Part shown: positions 18,265 through 27,500 of the stretch, in pieces | Numbering within the stretch: position 1 is the stretch's first letter | How the letters are laid out: each line of letters starts with the position of its first letter | Origin: an uncultured Anaerolineaceae bacterium | GTDB lineage: Bacteria; Chloroflexota; Dehalococcoidia; Tepidiformales; Tepidiformaceae | Direction: 5' to 3' | Assembly (NCBI GenBank): GCA_964509855.1 | Contig: CAZDZP010000002.1 | Coordinates: forward strand, 1-31,543 | Length of the DNA: 31,543 nt | Made by a program: the position numbers and the translations under genes | Notes under the pieces: generated by a model | Seen by the model: the letters and a program-made list of their open reading frames with translations, nothing else | Databases searched by the model: none | What the model was told of the DNA's origin: nothing

Positions 18265-19038
18265 CTAGGATGCAGGTTGACTGGCCGCTGTGCCTACCGG
18301 GTGACGGGGCGACACCTGGATGTCACCGTTGACGATGTCATCGAGCAGGTCGTCGTCGAGGATGCGGTATCCGTCACCGTCGGGTGCTATGGCGCCCATG
18401 GTGACGAAGCGGCTCAGGAGTGCGGTGACAGTTTCGCGGCTCGTGCCGATAGTTTGGGCCAGCTCCTGGTGGGTAAGGCCAAGCCGCACAAGGCCACCTT
18501 CCTGGCGGCTGACCAGTGTGTCGGCGAGTCGCGCGGATACGGGCTTCGAAACGATGTTCATGAACGTGCGCTGCATGCCGGCGAGGCGGCGGGCGGTGAG
18601 TTCAAGCATCGCGAAGCCGAGCCGCGGCGACTGCTGCATGCAGTAGGCGAAGTCGTCCCAGGAAATGCTCAGCGCGACGGTGTCGTCCAGAGCCTGGGCA
18701 CAAGCGATTCGCTCGCCGTCCTCAACGATGGCCATGTCTCCCACGACATCACCACGGCCGACGATGTCGAGGATGATTTCCTTGCCGTTTTCGGCCACCT
18801 GGTAGATCTTCACGCGGCCCTTGATGAGCAGGAACACCCGCTCCGGGGGGTCGCCCGCCGAGAACAGGAACTGGCGGGCTGAAAAGCGCCGCTCCGTCAT
18901 GTGTGGCGCAAGGCGCTCGATTTCCTCATCGGACAGCACCTGCATGACGCGGCTCAACTGCCGCAAATACCAGGCAATCGACCGTTGAAGCTTGGCGGGC
19001 TTCGCGCTCGACGGTCGTGCTATCGATTCGGTGGTCAT
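18265..19038 (-). CDS. Crp/Fnr-family transcriptional regulator
   Basis: cNMP-binding domain (LFSAGDPPERVFLLIKGRVKI, GDVVGDMA) and HTH LTHQELAQTIGTSRETVT. Confidence 0.92.
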   Translation of the reverse strand: MTTESIARPSSAKPAKLQRSIAWYLRQLSRVMQVLSDEEIERLAPHMTERRFSARQFLFSAGDPPERVFLLIKGRVKIYQVAENGKEIILDIVGRGDVVGDMAIVEDGERIACAQALDDTVALSISWDDFAYCMQQSPRLGFAMLELTARRLAGMQRTFMNIVSKPVSARLADTLVSRQEGGLVRLGLTHQELAQTIGTSRETVTALLSRFVTMGAIAPDGDGYRILDDDLLDDIVNGDIQVSPRHPVGTAASQPAS

Positions 19039-19883
19039 TTCGTTTCCTCTCGTGGCGGCTGTTCGCTGCTTCCCGTTCGTTCACGTAGTTGTTCAAGAAG
19101 CCGGGCTGCCCCGGCCGAAATCGCTTCAGGTTCGTTGGTGGCGACGTACACCTGCAGGTCTACGAGCGCGGCGTCGATATTCCCCAACCGGTATTGCAGG
19201 ATACCGCGTTCGCCGATAAGGGAGGCGTTCCACGGCTCAAGGACGAGCTGGAGTTCCACCGCTTCCAGCCAGCGAGCGTTCTCGCCAGTGTTGCGGAAAG
19301 CGAAGCGAAGGTTGTTGAGCATGCGCTGCAGCAACTGGCGCCTCGTAACCGGGAGCAGGTAGGACTCGATAGAGGTGGTACCCACGCTGCGAGCGGAAAG
19401 GCCCGAGAGCAGTTCGTGCCTGTCCAGCCGCGCTCCCTGGTGGAAGGGGTCGACGTAGAAGGGTCCTTCCGGTGGGCCGCAGCGGACGATGAAGTGGCCG
19501 GGATAGCCCACGCCGTCACAGGGGAGGCCGAGCCGCTGCGCGATTTCCATGTACAGCAGCGAAATCGTGATCGGAATGCCGGTCCGCCTGTCGATGACGA
19601 CGTTGAGGAAGCTATTTTCCGGGTTGCCGTAGTCCTCGCTATTGCCCGTGAATCCCATCACCGAGAACAGCTGGTAGTCGATAGCCGCGGCGAGGGCTTC
19701 GGGTTCCCTGGCGCCGGCGGCGTGGTTCGAAGCAGCCTCGGCGATGTGGTCCAGCCGGGCAGCGTAGGCATGCGGATTTAGTGTGGGGTAACCGAGCCGA
19801 GCGATAAGCATGGCCGCGCCAAAGAGATCCACCTCTTCGTCACGTCCCCGGGTTGCTTCGCGAAATTCATCGGTCAGGCTCAT
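19035..19883 (-). CDS. SirB1-family transglutaminase-like + TPR protein
   Basis: GFTGNSEDY..PENSFLNVVIDRRTGIPITISLLY, GVGYPGHFIVR, YVDPF and TPR-like ERGILQYRLG...DLQVY. Start at ATG 19883; the longer track ORF overlaps the opposite-strand MBL gene. Confidence 0.9.
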   Translation of the reverse strand: MSLTDEFREATRGRDEEVDLFGAAMLIARLGYPTLNPHAYAARLDHIAEAASNHAAGAREPEALAAAIDYQLFSVMGFTGNSEDYGNPENSFLNVVIDRRTGIPITISLLYMEIAQRLGLPCDGVGYPGHFIVRCGPPEGPFYVDPFHQGARLDRHELLSGLSARSVGTTSIESYLLPVTRRQLLQRMLNNLRFAFRNTGENARWLEAVELQLVLEPWNASLIGERGILQYRLGNIDAALVDLQVYVATNEPEAISAGAARLLEQLRERTGSSEQPPREETK

Positions 19884-19991
19884 GTTTCTCACAACAGAGT
19901 ATACGAACTGGGGGTAGGTTCCGGTCAGGGCAGGGCCCAAGGCATAGAGCGATTTGCTGGCAGGTACTGTTGCTTCGTATGGTTCGGAACT

Positions 19992-20852
19992 GTGAACAAC
20001 GTTGCGAAGTATCGTGTGGGCGAAATTGAGATCGCCATCATCAGTGATGGCCACACGAGACTGGATGGTGGCGCGGTCTTCGGGCTGGTGCCGCGCGTGA
20101 TGTGGGAGCCGGTCATCGGCAGTGAGAACATCGACGACCAGCACCGCATTCCGCTGGGGTTGAACTGCATGGTGGTGCGCCACGGTGAGACCATCGCGCT
20201 CATCGAAACTGGCATGGGCAACAAGCATGGCCCGCAGGTGCGCGAGAAGATCTTCCCGGGTGACTACGGCTACCTGCTCGACAACCTCGCTGCGCTAAGC
20301 CTTCGGCCGGAGGACATCACGCACGTCGCCAACACCCACCTCCACGCGGACCACTGCGGCTGGAATACGGTTCGCAAGGGCGAAGACGTGGTACCGACCT
20401 TTCCGAACGCGCGCTACTACATCCAGGCAGGTGAATACGAAGCGGCCATGCACCCGAACGACCGCACAAAGGGCACCTACTTTGCCGAGAATTTCGAGCC
20501 ACTTTCGCGAAGTGGCCAGCTTGAGCTCGTCAGTGGCGAGCAGCAGATTGCCCCGGGTATCCATTTCCTCCCCACGCCGGGACATACGGAAGACCACGCA
20601 TCGGTCGTGCTGTCCTCAGCGGGCGAAACGGCGATTTACACCGGCGACCTCGTGCATCATGCCGTGCAAGTCGAACGGCCCGCATGGATCCCAGCATTCG
20701 ACATCCTCCCCCTGGTGAGCCTGGCAACGAAGAAGAAGCTGGCCGAGCGGGCAATCCGCGAAAAGGCACTCCTGATTTGCACGCACAACGCCTTCCCGGG
20801 AGTCGGGCGGCTGACCGAGGTCGATGGCAAGCGGAGATTCGTCACCGAGTGA
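19992..20852 (+). CDS. MBL-fold metallo-hydrolase (YtnP-like)
   Basis: LDGGAVFGLVPR, THLHADHCG (HxHxDH), TPGHT, GDL, CTH. Confidence 0.9.
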   Translation: MNNVAKYRVGEIEIAIISDGHTRLDGGAVFGLVPRVMWEPVIGSENIDDQHRIPLGLNCMVVRHGETIALIETGMGNKHGPQVREKIFPGDYGYLLDNLAALSLRPEDITHVANTHLHADHCGWNTVRKGEDVVPTFPNARYYIQAGEYEAAMHPNDRTKGTYFAENFEPLSRSGQLELVSGEQQIAPGIHFLPTPGHTEDHASVVLSSAGETAIYTGDLVHHAVQVERPAWIPAFDILPLVSLATKKKLAERAIREKALLICTHNAFPGVGRLTEVDGKRRFVTE

Positions 20853-20859
20853 CCACGCG

Positions 20860-21918
20860 ATGACCAGTAGCGAGCCGAAGCCGGTGTACCACCTCGCGCT
20901 GCGCGACTGGCACGCTGCCCACGGAGCCATCCTCGGCGAACGGCGGGGGTGGTCCCTACCCCTGCACTATGGCGATTGGGTCGTCGAGCACGCGGCATTG
21001 CGCCAGGGCGTCGCCCTCATCGACCGCTCGAACCGCAGCCGCATCCTCGTGAGCGGCACGGACGCACTCGACGTGCTGAAGGCGAGCTTCGCGGGCCATG
21101 TCGAGGACCTCGAGGAAGGTCGCTCCATGCGGTCCGTGGTGGTCGGCGGCGAAGGCACGATTCGCGACCTCGCGCTCATCGCGCGCACAGGCGGAATCAG
21201 CTACTTCGTGATGGGGGAACCGGATCGCCGCTTCGCAACACTCGAGCGCATGCAGGCCGCGATTCAACCGGACTGGGACGCGCACGTCGACGACCGCACG
21301 GAGACTACTTGCATGCTCGGTATCGCCGGGCCGGGAGCTGCGCAGGCGATCCAGCATGCGCTGGAAGAGAGCCTTCCCGACGGGCTGCAATCGCTGCACG
21401 TCGCGCTTTTCCAGTTTCACGGCTTTCGCACGCTCGGCATGCGCACCAGCGATACAGGCGAGGATGGGTTCGAACTCATGCTGGCTCCCGCGGTGATGCA
21501 GCATCTGCTCGACACGTTGTTGGAAATGGGAGCGCGGCCGATTGGCTTCGAGGCCCAGGAGGCAGCGCGAATCGAAGCCTGTATCCCCGGGTTCGAACCG
21601 GACCTGAGCCCGGGAGTCAGTCCTGCGGAGGCCGACCTCGACGTCCTCCTGGACGTGCCAGGCGGTAGCGAGTCACGCATCCTCGCGGGGCTGCTGGTCG
21701 ACGGGGACGAAATCCCGGATCCTGGGACGCCGGTCAACGCCGGGATCGAAGCGGTTGGCACGGTTCGCTCGGCCACCTTTTCGCCTTCGCTGCAGTCCGT
21801 GGTTGCGCTCGCACTGCTCGATGCAAGGAGCGCCATACCGGGCGAAAGCGTTAGGATTGGGGATACGAAAGCGACAATTGTCGCGAAACCCTTCCTTCGT
21901 CGGAGAACAGCACAATGA
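20860..21918 (+). CDS. GcvT/YgfZ-like aminomethyltransferase-family protein
   Basis: GWSLPLHYG...EHAALRQGVALIDRS, RTSDTGEDGFEL, ARIEA, and C-terminal VGTVRSATFSPSL..VVALA. Confidence 0.82.
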   Translation: MTSSEPKPVYHLALRDWHAAHGAILGERRGWSLPLHYGDWVVEHAALRQGVALIDRSNRSRILVSGTDALDVLKASFAGHVEDLEEGRSMRSVVVGGEGTIRDLALIARTGGISYFVMGEPDRRFATLERMQAAIQPDWDAHVDDRTETTCMLGIAGPGAAQAIQHALEESLPDGLQSLHVALFQFHGFRTLGMRTSDTGEDGFELMLAPAVMQHLLDTLLEMGARPIGFEAQEAARIEACIPGFEPDLSPGVSPAEADLDVLLDVPGGSESRILAGLLVDGDEIPDPGTPVNAGIEAVGTVRSATFSPSLQSVVALALLDARSAIPGESVRIGDTKATIVAKPFLRRRTAQ

Positions 21919-22475
21919 TGGGCCCGTCACCGGCCGACTTGGCCAGGTACGCGCCGCGGGATCCCGCAGGCGTTGTCGAACTGAACATTAACGATCACTG
22001 GCGTGCCAAGTGGATAGCCGATTCCGAGCTTCCCGAACACGCGCCCGTGATGACTGCATACGCGATGGTGTTTCGCGGCGAGCGCGCTTATGTCACACGC
22101 GAGCATGGCGAGGACCGCTGGAGCATCATCGAAGGTGACCTGGGCGAGAGTGAGTCGGCTGAGGACTTCGTCGTTCGCGCCGCCTTTGAGCGGACCGGGG
22201 CAAAGGTCACCAAGACCGAGCTCTTCGGCTTTTTCGAATGCAAGGCCACCAGCCAGAATCCGCAGTTCCCCGTGGGAACGATAACAGTTCAGCCGTTCTA
22301 CATCGCTTCGGCGAGCGACGTTGAAGACGTGCCGGATGAGTCAGGTTATGAACGGCGACGGCTGCCGCTGAATGAGTTCAACAAACTGATTCGTGCACGC
22401 TACCCCCAGTCCGACCTGTACCTGCAGCAGGGTACGCAGCGCTACACGGTCATGTTGGCGCGCGGCGAAGTCTAA
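21915..22475 (+). CDS. Nudix-fold protein with degenerate Nudix box
   Basis: WSIIEG-DLGES-E-SAEDFVV-RAAFERTG follows the GX5EX7REUXEEXGU spacing but lacks the key glutamates. ATGA overlap with the upstream gene. Confidence 0.65.
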   Translation: MMGPSPADLARYAPRDPAGVVELNINDHWRAKWIADSELPEHAPVMTAYAMVFRGERAYVTREHGEDRWSIIEGDLGESESAEDFVVRAAFERTGAKVTKTELFGFFECKATSQNPQFPVGTITVQPFYIASASDVEDVPDESGYERRRLPLNEFNKLIRARYPQSDLYLQQGTQRYTVMLARGEV

Positions 22476-23113
22476 GAACCCGGGGCTATCGCATAGGTCA
22501 CGGTGACGTCGCAGGTGACGGCCGTTGTGCCTGCCTCAATGGGCGTCGCCTGCTGCGACTCCATCTTCATCGCCATTGCATGCAGCATCGGTTGCGGCCC
22601 GGCTGGCTGTCCTTCGGTGATGGCAACCGGCAGCCCTAACGACACGCCTGCGTGCGAGGCGAGTTGAGCCGCTTTGGCCGCAGCATCGCCGATGGCAAGA
22701 CGGCGCGCTTCTTCCTCGGCCGCACGAGGGTCCGACACGGAGAATTGGAGCCCGTTGAGCATGACGGCGTCACCGCCCGCTTCCAGGGCACCGTCAACGA
22801 CCCCGCCGAGTTTCGCGACGTCACGAACGACCACGTGGACGATATTGGACACGTCGTACCCCAACAGCTTTTGGCCACCGTCGTGGGAGTAGTCGTAGCG
22901 GGGGCCAACGGAAAGCTGGCTTGTACGGATGTCGGCATCAGCAACGTTCTGCGATTTGATGTTCGCGATCAGTTTGCTGGCGGCCCCCGCCGCGCGGTCG
23001 CGGGCCTCGGCGACGGAACGTGCGCTGGCCTGCACGCCGATGTTCAACATGGCGATATCCGGTACGACCTGTACCTCGCCGCGCCCGGTGACCGTGATTC
23101 CCTGTTCCTGCAT
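22472..23113 (-). CDS. SIMPL-domain (DUF541/YggE-like) protein
   Basis: ITVTGRGEVQVVPDIAMLNIGVQ, DIRTSQLSVGPRYDY, GYDVSNIV, AIGDAAAKAAQLA, PIEAGTTAVTCDVTVTY. Confidence 0.9.
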   Translation of the reverse strand: MQEQGITVTGRGEVQVVPDIAMLNIGVQASARSVAEARDRAAGAASKLIANIKSQNVADADIRTSQLSVGPRYDYSHDGGQKLLGYDVSNIVHVVVRDVAKLGGVVDGALEAGGDAVMLNGLQFSVSDPRAAEEEARRLAIGDAAAKAAQLASHAGVSLGLPVAITEGQPAGPQPMLHAMAMKMESQQATPIEAGTTAVTCDVTVTYAIAPGS

Positions 23114-23136
23114 GTTGAGAAGATAGCCCCCCGGGG

Positions 23137-23829
23137 TCAGAGGCGCTGGGCGCGCTGAACCTGGTGCCGCGATACGGCCCATGCCACCACCGCTAGAGCG
23201 AACACACCCCCGAGCGCCGAGTAAACCGGCAGCAAGGAATTGGGCGAGCTTTCAGTGGCGCTGCGATGCGATTCGAGCGCCGAGATTGGCGACGCCTCGT
23301 CGACGAGTTCCTTACCGTCGCCTGCGTCGTATGCCGGGGGTTCCTCACCACCCTCGGCGGAACCGGCCATTGTGCCGGCAGCCTCTCCGCCGTCGTCGCT
23401 GGTGGTGCGCATGTCGTCGCCTTCGGCCTGGGTTTCGAGCGAAGCCATGTTGGCGCCGCCGTTATCTCCGTCGGTCGTCGTACCGACCGTATCGAAGGCG
23501 AACACAATGCCGAACGCGGCGATGGCGGCGAAGGATGTGGCCTGGGCGAGGCGCATCGTGACGGCAGGCGCGCGGGAGGGCTTCGGCGCCGGTTCGGCGA
23601 CCATCGCCGGGGTGAGTGCGAAGGAACGGGGAGTGGCGAATTCGGGCATCTCGCCAAGCGCGGACTTGAGCGACTTCGTGTTGCGAAGCAGTTCGGCGAC
23701 GCTCTCGGACTCTTCGACGCGATCTTCCAGCAGTTCCCGTTCAACGGGCGTGAGGCGATGGTCGACATAGGCATCCACCTGTCGAGCCCACCGGTCATTG
23801 CGCCTGAAGATCTTCGGGAAACGCATCAC
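23137..23829 (-). CDS. putative membrane-bound anti-sigma factor (zf-HC2-like N-terminus without Zn ligands, two predicted TM helices)
   Basis: Lies directly downstream of the ECF sigma gene. N-terminal VDAYVDHRLTPVERELLE, then PRSFALTP, a hydrophobic helix, an acidic loop and a second hydrophobic helix. Confidence 0.75.
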   Translation of the reverse strand: MMRFPKIFRRNDRWARQVDAYVDHRLTPVERELLEDRVEESESVAELLRNTKSLKSALGEMPEFATPRSFALTPAMVAEPAPKPSRAPAVTMRLAQATSFAAIAAFGIVFAFDTVGTTTDGDNGGANMASLETQAEGDDMRTTSDDGGEAAGTMAGSAEGGEEPPAYDAGDGKELVDEASPISALESHRSATESSPNSLLPVYSALGGVFALAVVAWAVSRHQVQRAQRL

Positions 23830-23837
23830 AATTCCTT

Positions 23838-24446
23838 TCAGCTATCCAGACGTTCGCGGGCGCCGAAAAGTTCCGGGTTTCTGCGAATGAGTTCACGCAG
23901 CCGCTCACGGCCGCGATGAATGCGGGACTTAATGGTACCGGTAGAGGTTTCGCAGATGCTGGCCACCTCGTCGTAGGAGTAGCCGTGGATGTCGACCAGG
24001 ACGATTGCGCGGCGCTGATCGAAGGGCAATTCCAACAGTGCGTCCTGCAATGCGCGGCTTAACGCGGCGCGTTCCACACGGGCTTCTGAAGATTCAGTTT
24101 GGTCCGGCACCTCAACAGGAGCCCCAAGTGTGTCGAATAACTCATCTAGAGAGCTTGCGCGATCCTTGCGCTGCGCTCGACGGAGGGCATCCTTGCTGTG
24201 GTTAGCCGCAATGCGGAATAGCCAGGCGCGGAAATTGCCACCTTCGAAGCGCGCAAGGGCACGATAGGCCGAAAGAAAGGTTTCCTGCGTCGCGTCTTCA
24301 GCGGATTGCCGGTTGCCAAGCAGGCGGAGCGAGAGGTTGAACACCGCAACCTGGTAGCGTTCGACAAGGCTGTTGAAGGAAGCGAGATTGCCGTTCCTGG
24401 CTTGCTGAATGAGGTCCTCATCGGGCGGTTGTCCCTGTGGATCCAC
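23838..24446 (-). CDS. ECF (sigma-70 group 4) RNA polymerase sigma factor
   Basis: Region 2 AEDATQETFLSAYRAL...FRAWLFRIAAN; region 4 LPFDQRRAIVLVDIHGYSYDEVA...GTIKSRIHRGRERL. Confidence 0.93.
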   Translation of the reverse strand: MDPQGQPPDEDLIQQARNGNLASFNSLVERYQVAVFNLSLRLLGNRQSAEDATQETFLSAYRALARFEGGNFRAWLFRIAANHSKDALRRAQRKDRASSLDELFDTLGAPVEVPDQTESSEARVERAALSRALQDALLELPFDQRRAIVLVDIHGYSYDEVASICETSTGTIKSRIHRGRERLRELIRRNPELFGARERLDS

Positions 24447-24523
24447 GGCGGCGAGAGTAGGTCAATCGGCTGTAAAGCGCGACTAATGGGAACCGGGTGC
24501 GACCCGGAGGCTGTGATACCCTG

Positions 24524-27500
24524 ATGGCAATGGACCAGGGAGGCGAACGCCTCGACGAGGCATTCGAAGACGACCACGACGCCACGCAGGACTGGTACTT
24601 TGACCTGCCCAGCGGAGCATGGGAAAGACAAGAAGAGAAGAACCGCCAGCTGCGCGCGAATCTCCTTGGTCACACCACCAAAGACACCGACACGCCGAAG
24701 GACCCCTTTACCGGGCAGCCGGTGAAGGGTGGTGGTTTCCTTGGCCGAGGGCGCAAGAAGGACAAGCCGGTCGAAGGATCGAAAAAGCCGGTCTTCGAAC
24801 GCCGGGGTAGCGACGATGAACGCGTGTCGCGTTTCCGCGCTCTCCGCGAAGGAAGTGCCCCCGAGGGCGACAGCTGGTCGACAGAGCCGAAAGCCATCGA
24901 CGAGAACGCGCCGCTGCTGCGCAACCGCCTGAGCGCTGGCGATGAGCCGCCCGCAGCATCCCCCAAGGGCGAATCGCGCTGGGACCAGCTGTTTGGTGCG
25001 CCCGCCGACAGCGGCAGCATCGTCGACGGGATGCGCAACTGGGCCACGAGTCCGAATGATGCCGACGAAGACGCCGCCGAAGATCCAGGCGCGGAGAGCA
25101 CCGCCGAACCAGTAGATGCAGTAAACACGGCTGAAGAAGCAGTCGACGCGGACACCGAGGAGAGCCTTATCGGTGCGATGCGCAACTGGGCGACGGCGCC
25201 TGCGGACGAGCATGCCCCGGATTTCGAAAAGCCCGGTTTCGAACAAGAACCCGAAGTCGAAGACGAATGGGCGGTGGTAGCGCCGTCGAATCTTGTCGAC
25301 GGCGATGTTGAACCCGCGACAGAACCCGTTAGCGTCGTCGCCGAGAGCGACCTCTCCGTGGCGGACGACGCCGCGGAATCGCTCATGGAACGTATCCGCA
25401 ACCGAGCCCGCGTCCAGGCCGAACTCGACGCTGTTCCGAGTAGTGCCGATACCGAGGACCAGTCCGAAGAAGACGTGGTTGCAATCGGGGCTGATTCATC
25501 GGCCACCGCTCTCGTTCAGGATGAGTCTGAGTACGTCGAAGCGCCGGCCGCCGAGTTAGTCGCCAGTGCCGATGATGATGAAGCCACGCGGGACCCCGAC
25601 GAGAGCCCGCTGGAAGGGCTCCGTGCGTGGGCAATGAACCGCCCATCCAGGGCCCGGTTCGCAACAGCTGAAACTACCGTTGAGGAAACCCCCGATGCGG
25701 TTTCCGGCGGCGACGACAAGGCTTCTTCAATCGACGACGTTGTGCCCGCCGCAGAGGATGTCAACAGTCCGATCGAGGTCGAAGCGGACGACAACGAGTG
25801 GAGCGCTGTCGATGTCGATGTCGACAGTGGCGCCGAGTACTCCGAAACGAAGGCTCAAGCGGAAAGCGCAAGCGCACTGGCGCGATTCACTGCTGCGCAA
25901 ACCCCAGTCGAGGATGCTGTCGGCTCTCAGGAAGAACGCGAAGACACGGCGGAGAGTGAACCCCAGGCCAAAAAGCCAGGAATCCTCGGGCGGCTGTTCG
26001 GCCGCAAGCCCAAGCCAGACCCGGCAGAGGCAGCCGGCGCCGCCGCGATTAGCGCAGCCGCATGGCTGGAAGACGAGGATCCGGGTTGGGGCATGAGCCG
26101 CTCAGCGGCCACCGGCGCCAACCTGAACGCACAGGAATCCGAATGGGAGCCGGTCGAGCATGCCGAAGGCACGTCGGCCGACGGTAAGGATTCCGGTACT
26201 CCGGTTGTCTCAGCTTTTGCGGCCGAAACGATTTCGGACATCCCGGAGACGTCCGTGCCCTCGTTCCCCGCAAGCAACGATTCGACCACCGGGAACGCCT
26301 CGCCATGGGCTTCCTCGGACATGGCGACGCAGAACGACTCCTTCGGATGGAGCGCCACTCCGGCCGGGAATGAAGCCGCCGTGCCCGAGCCAGCGGAAGA
26401 AGAGGCTGTCGCGTCCGCACCCGTTGAGGATGACGACGAGGACGCTCCCACCTGGGCTGCCCCCGACATGGCCGCCAGCAACGACTCCTTCGGGTGGTCC
26501 AAGCCAGCTGAGGAAGAGGCCAGCGCCTCCGCGCCCGTTGAGGACGAGGCTCCGCATTGGGTCGCCCCCGACATGGCTTCCAGCAACGACTCCTTCGGAT
26601 GGTCCAAGCCAGCCGAGGAAGTAGCTGTCGCTTCAGCGCTCGTTGAAGATGAAGCTGAGGACGTCCCCACCTGGGCTGCCCCTGACATGGCCGCCAGCAA
26701 CGATTCCTTCGGGTGGTCCAAGCCAGCCGAGGAAGAGGCCGGCGCTTCCGCACCCGTTGAGGACGAGGCTCCGCACTGGGCTGCCCCTGACATGGCCGCC
26801 AGCAACGATTCTTTTGGCTGGTCCGCGACGACCGAGGAAGAGTCCGACGCGTCCGCACCTGTGGAGGATGAGGCTCCGCACTGGGCTGTCCCTGACATGG
26901 CCGCCAGCAACGATTCCTTCGGATGGTCCAAGCCAGCCGAGGAAGAGGTCGGCGCCTCCGCGCCCGTTGAGGATGGGGCTCCGCATTGGGCTGCCCCCGA
27001 CATGGCTGCCAGCAACGATTCCTTTGGCTGGTCTAATCCAGCCGAGGAAGAAGCTGTCGCTTCAGCGCTCGTTGAAGATGACGACGAGGACTCTCCAAGC
27101 TGGGTCGCCCCAGACATGGCCGCCAGCAACGATTCCTTTGGCTGGTCGAAGCCAGCCGAGGAAGAAGCTGTCGCTTCAGCGCTCGTTGAAGATGAAGCTG
27201 AGGATGTCCCCACCTGGGCTGCCCCTGACATGGCCGCCAGCAACGATTCTTTTGGCTGGTCCGCGACGACCGAGGAAGAGGTCGGTGCGTCCGCGCCCGT
27301 TGAGGATGAGGCGCCGCATTGGGCTGCCCCTGACATGGCAGCGAGCAACGATTCTTTTGGCTGGTCCGCGACGACCGAGGAAGAGGTCGGTGCGTCCGCG
27401 CCCGTTGAGGATGAGGCGCCGCATTGGGCTGCCCCTGACATGGCAGCGAGCAACGACTCCTTCGGGTGGTCCGCGCCGACCGAAGAAGAGGCGCTCGCCG

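Noticed and set aside
19905-19921. LexA-like box GAAC...GTTC between the SirB1-like and MBL genes
   Set aside because: The spacer is 9 nt rather than the 4 nt of the GAAC-N4-GTTC box; no correct box was found upstream of xerD either.
19884-20228. N-terminal extensions in the ORF track (SirB1-like to 20228, trpA to 542, xerD to 9753, hemW to 17745)
   Set aside because: They overlap neighbouring real genes or promoter regions; homology-type motifs and RBS or stop-start overlaps support the shorter starts.
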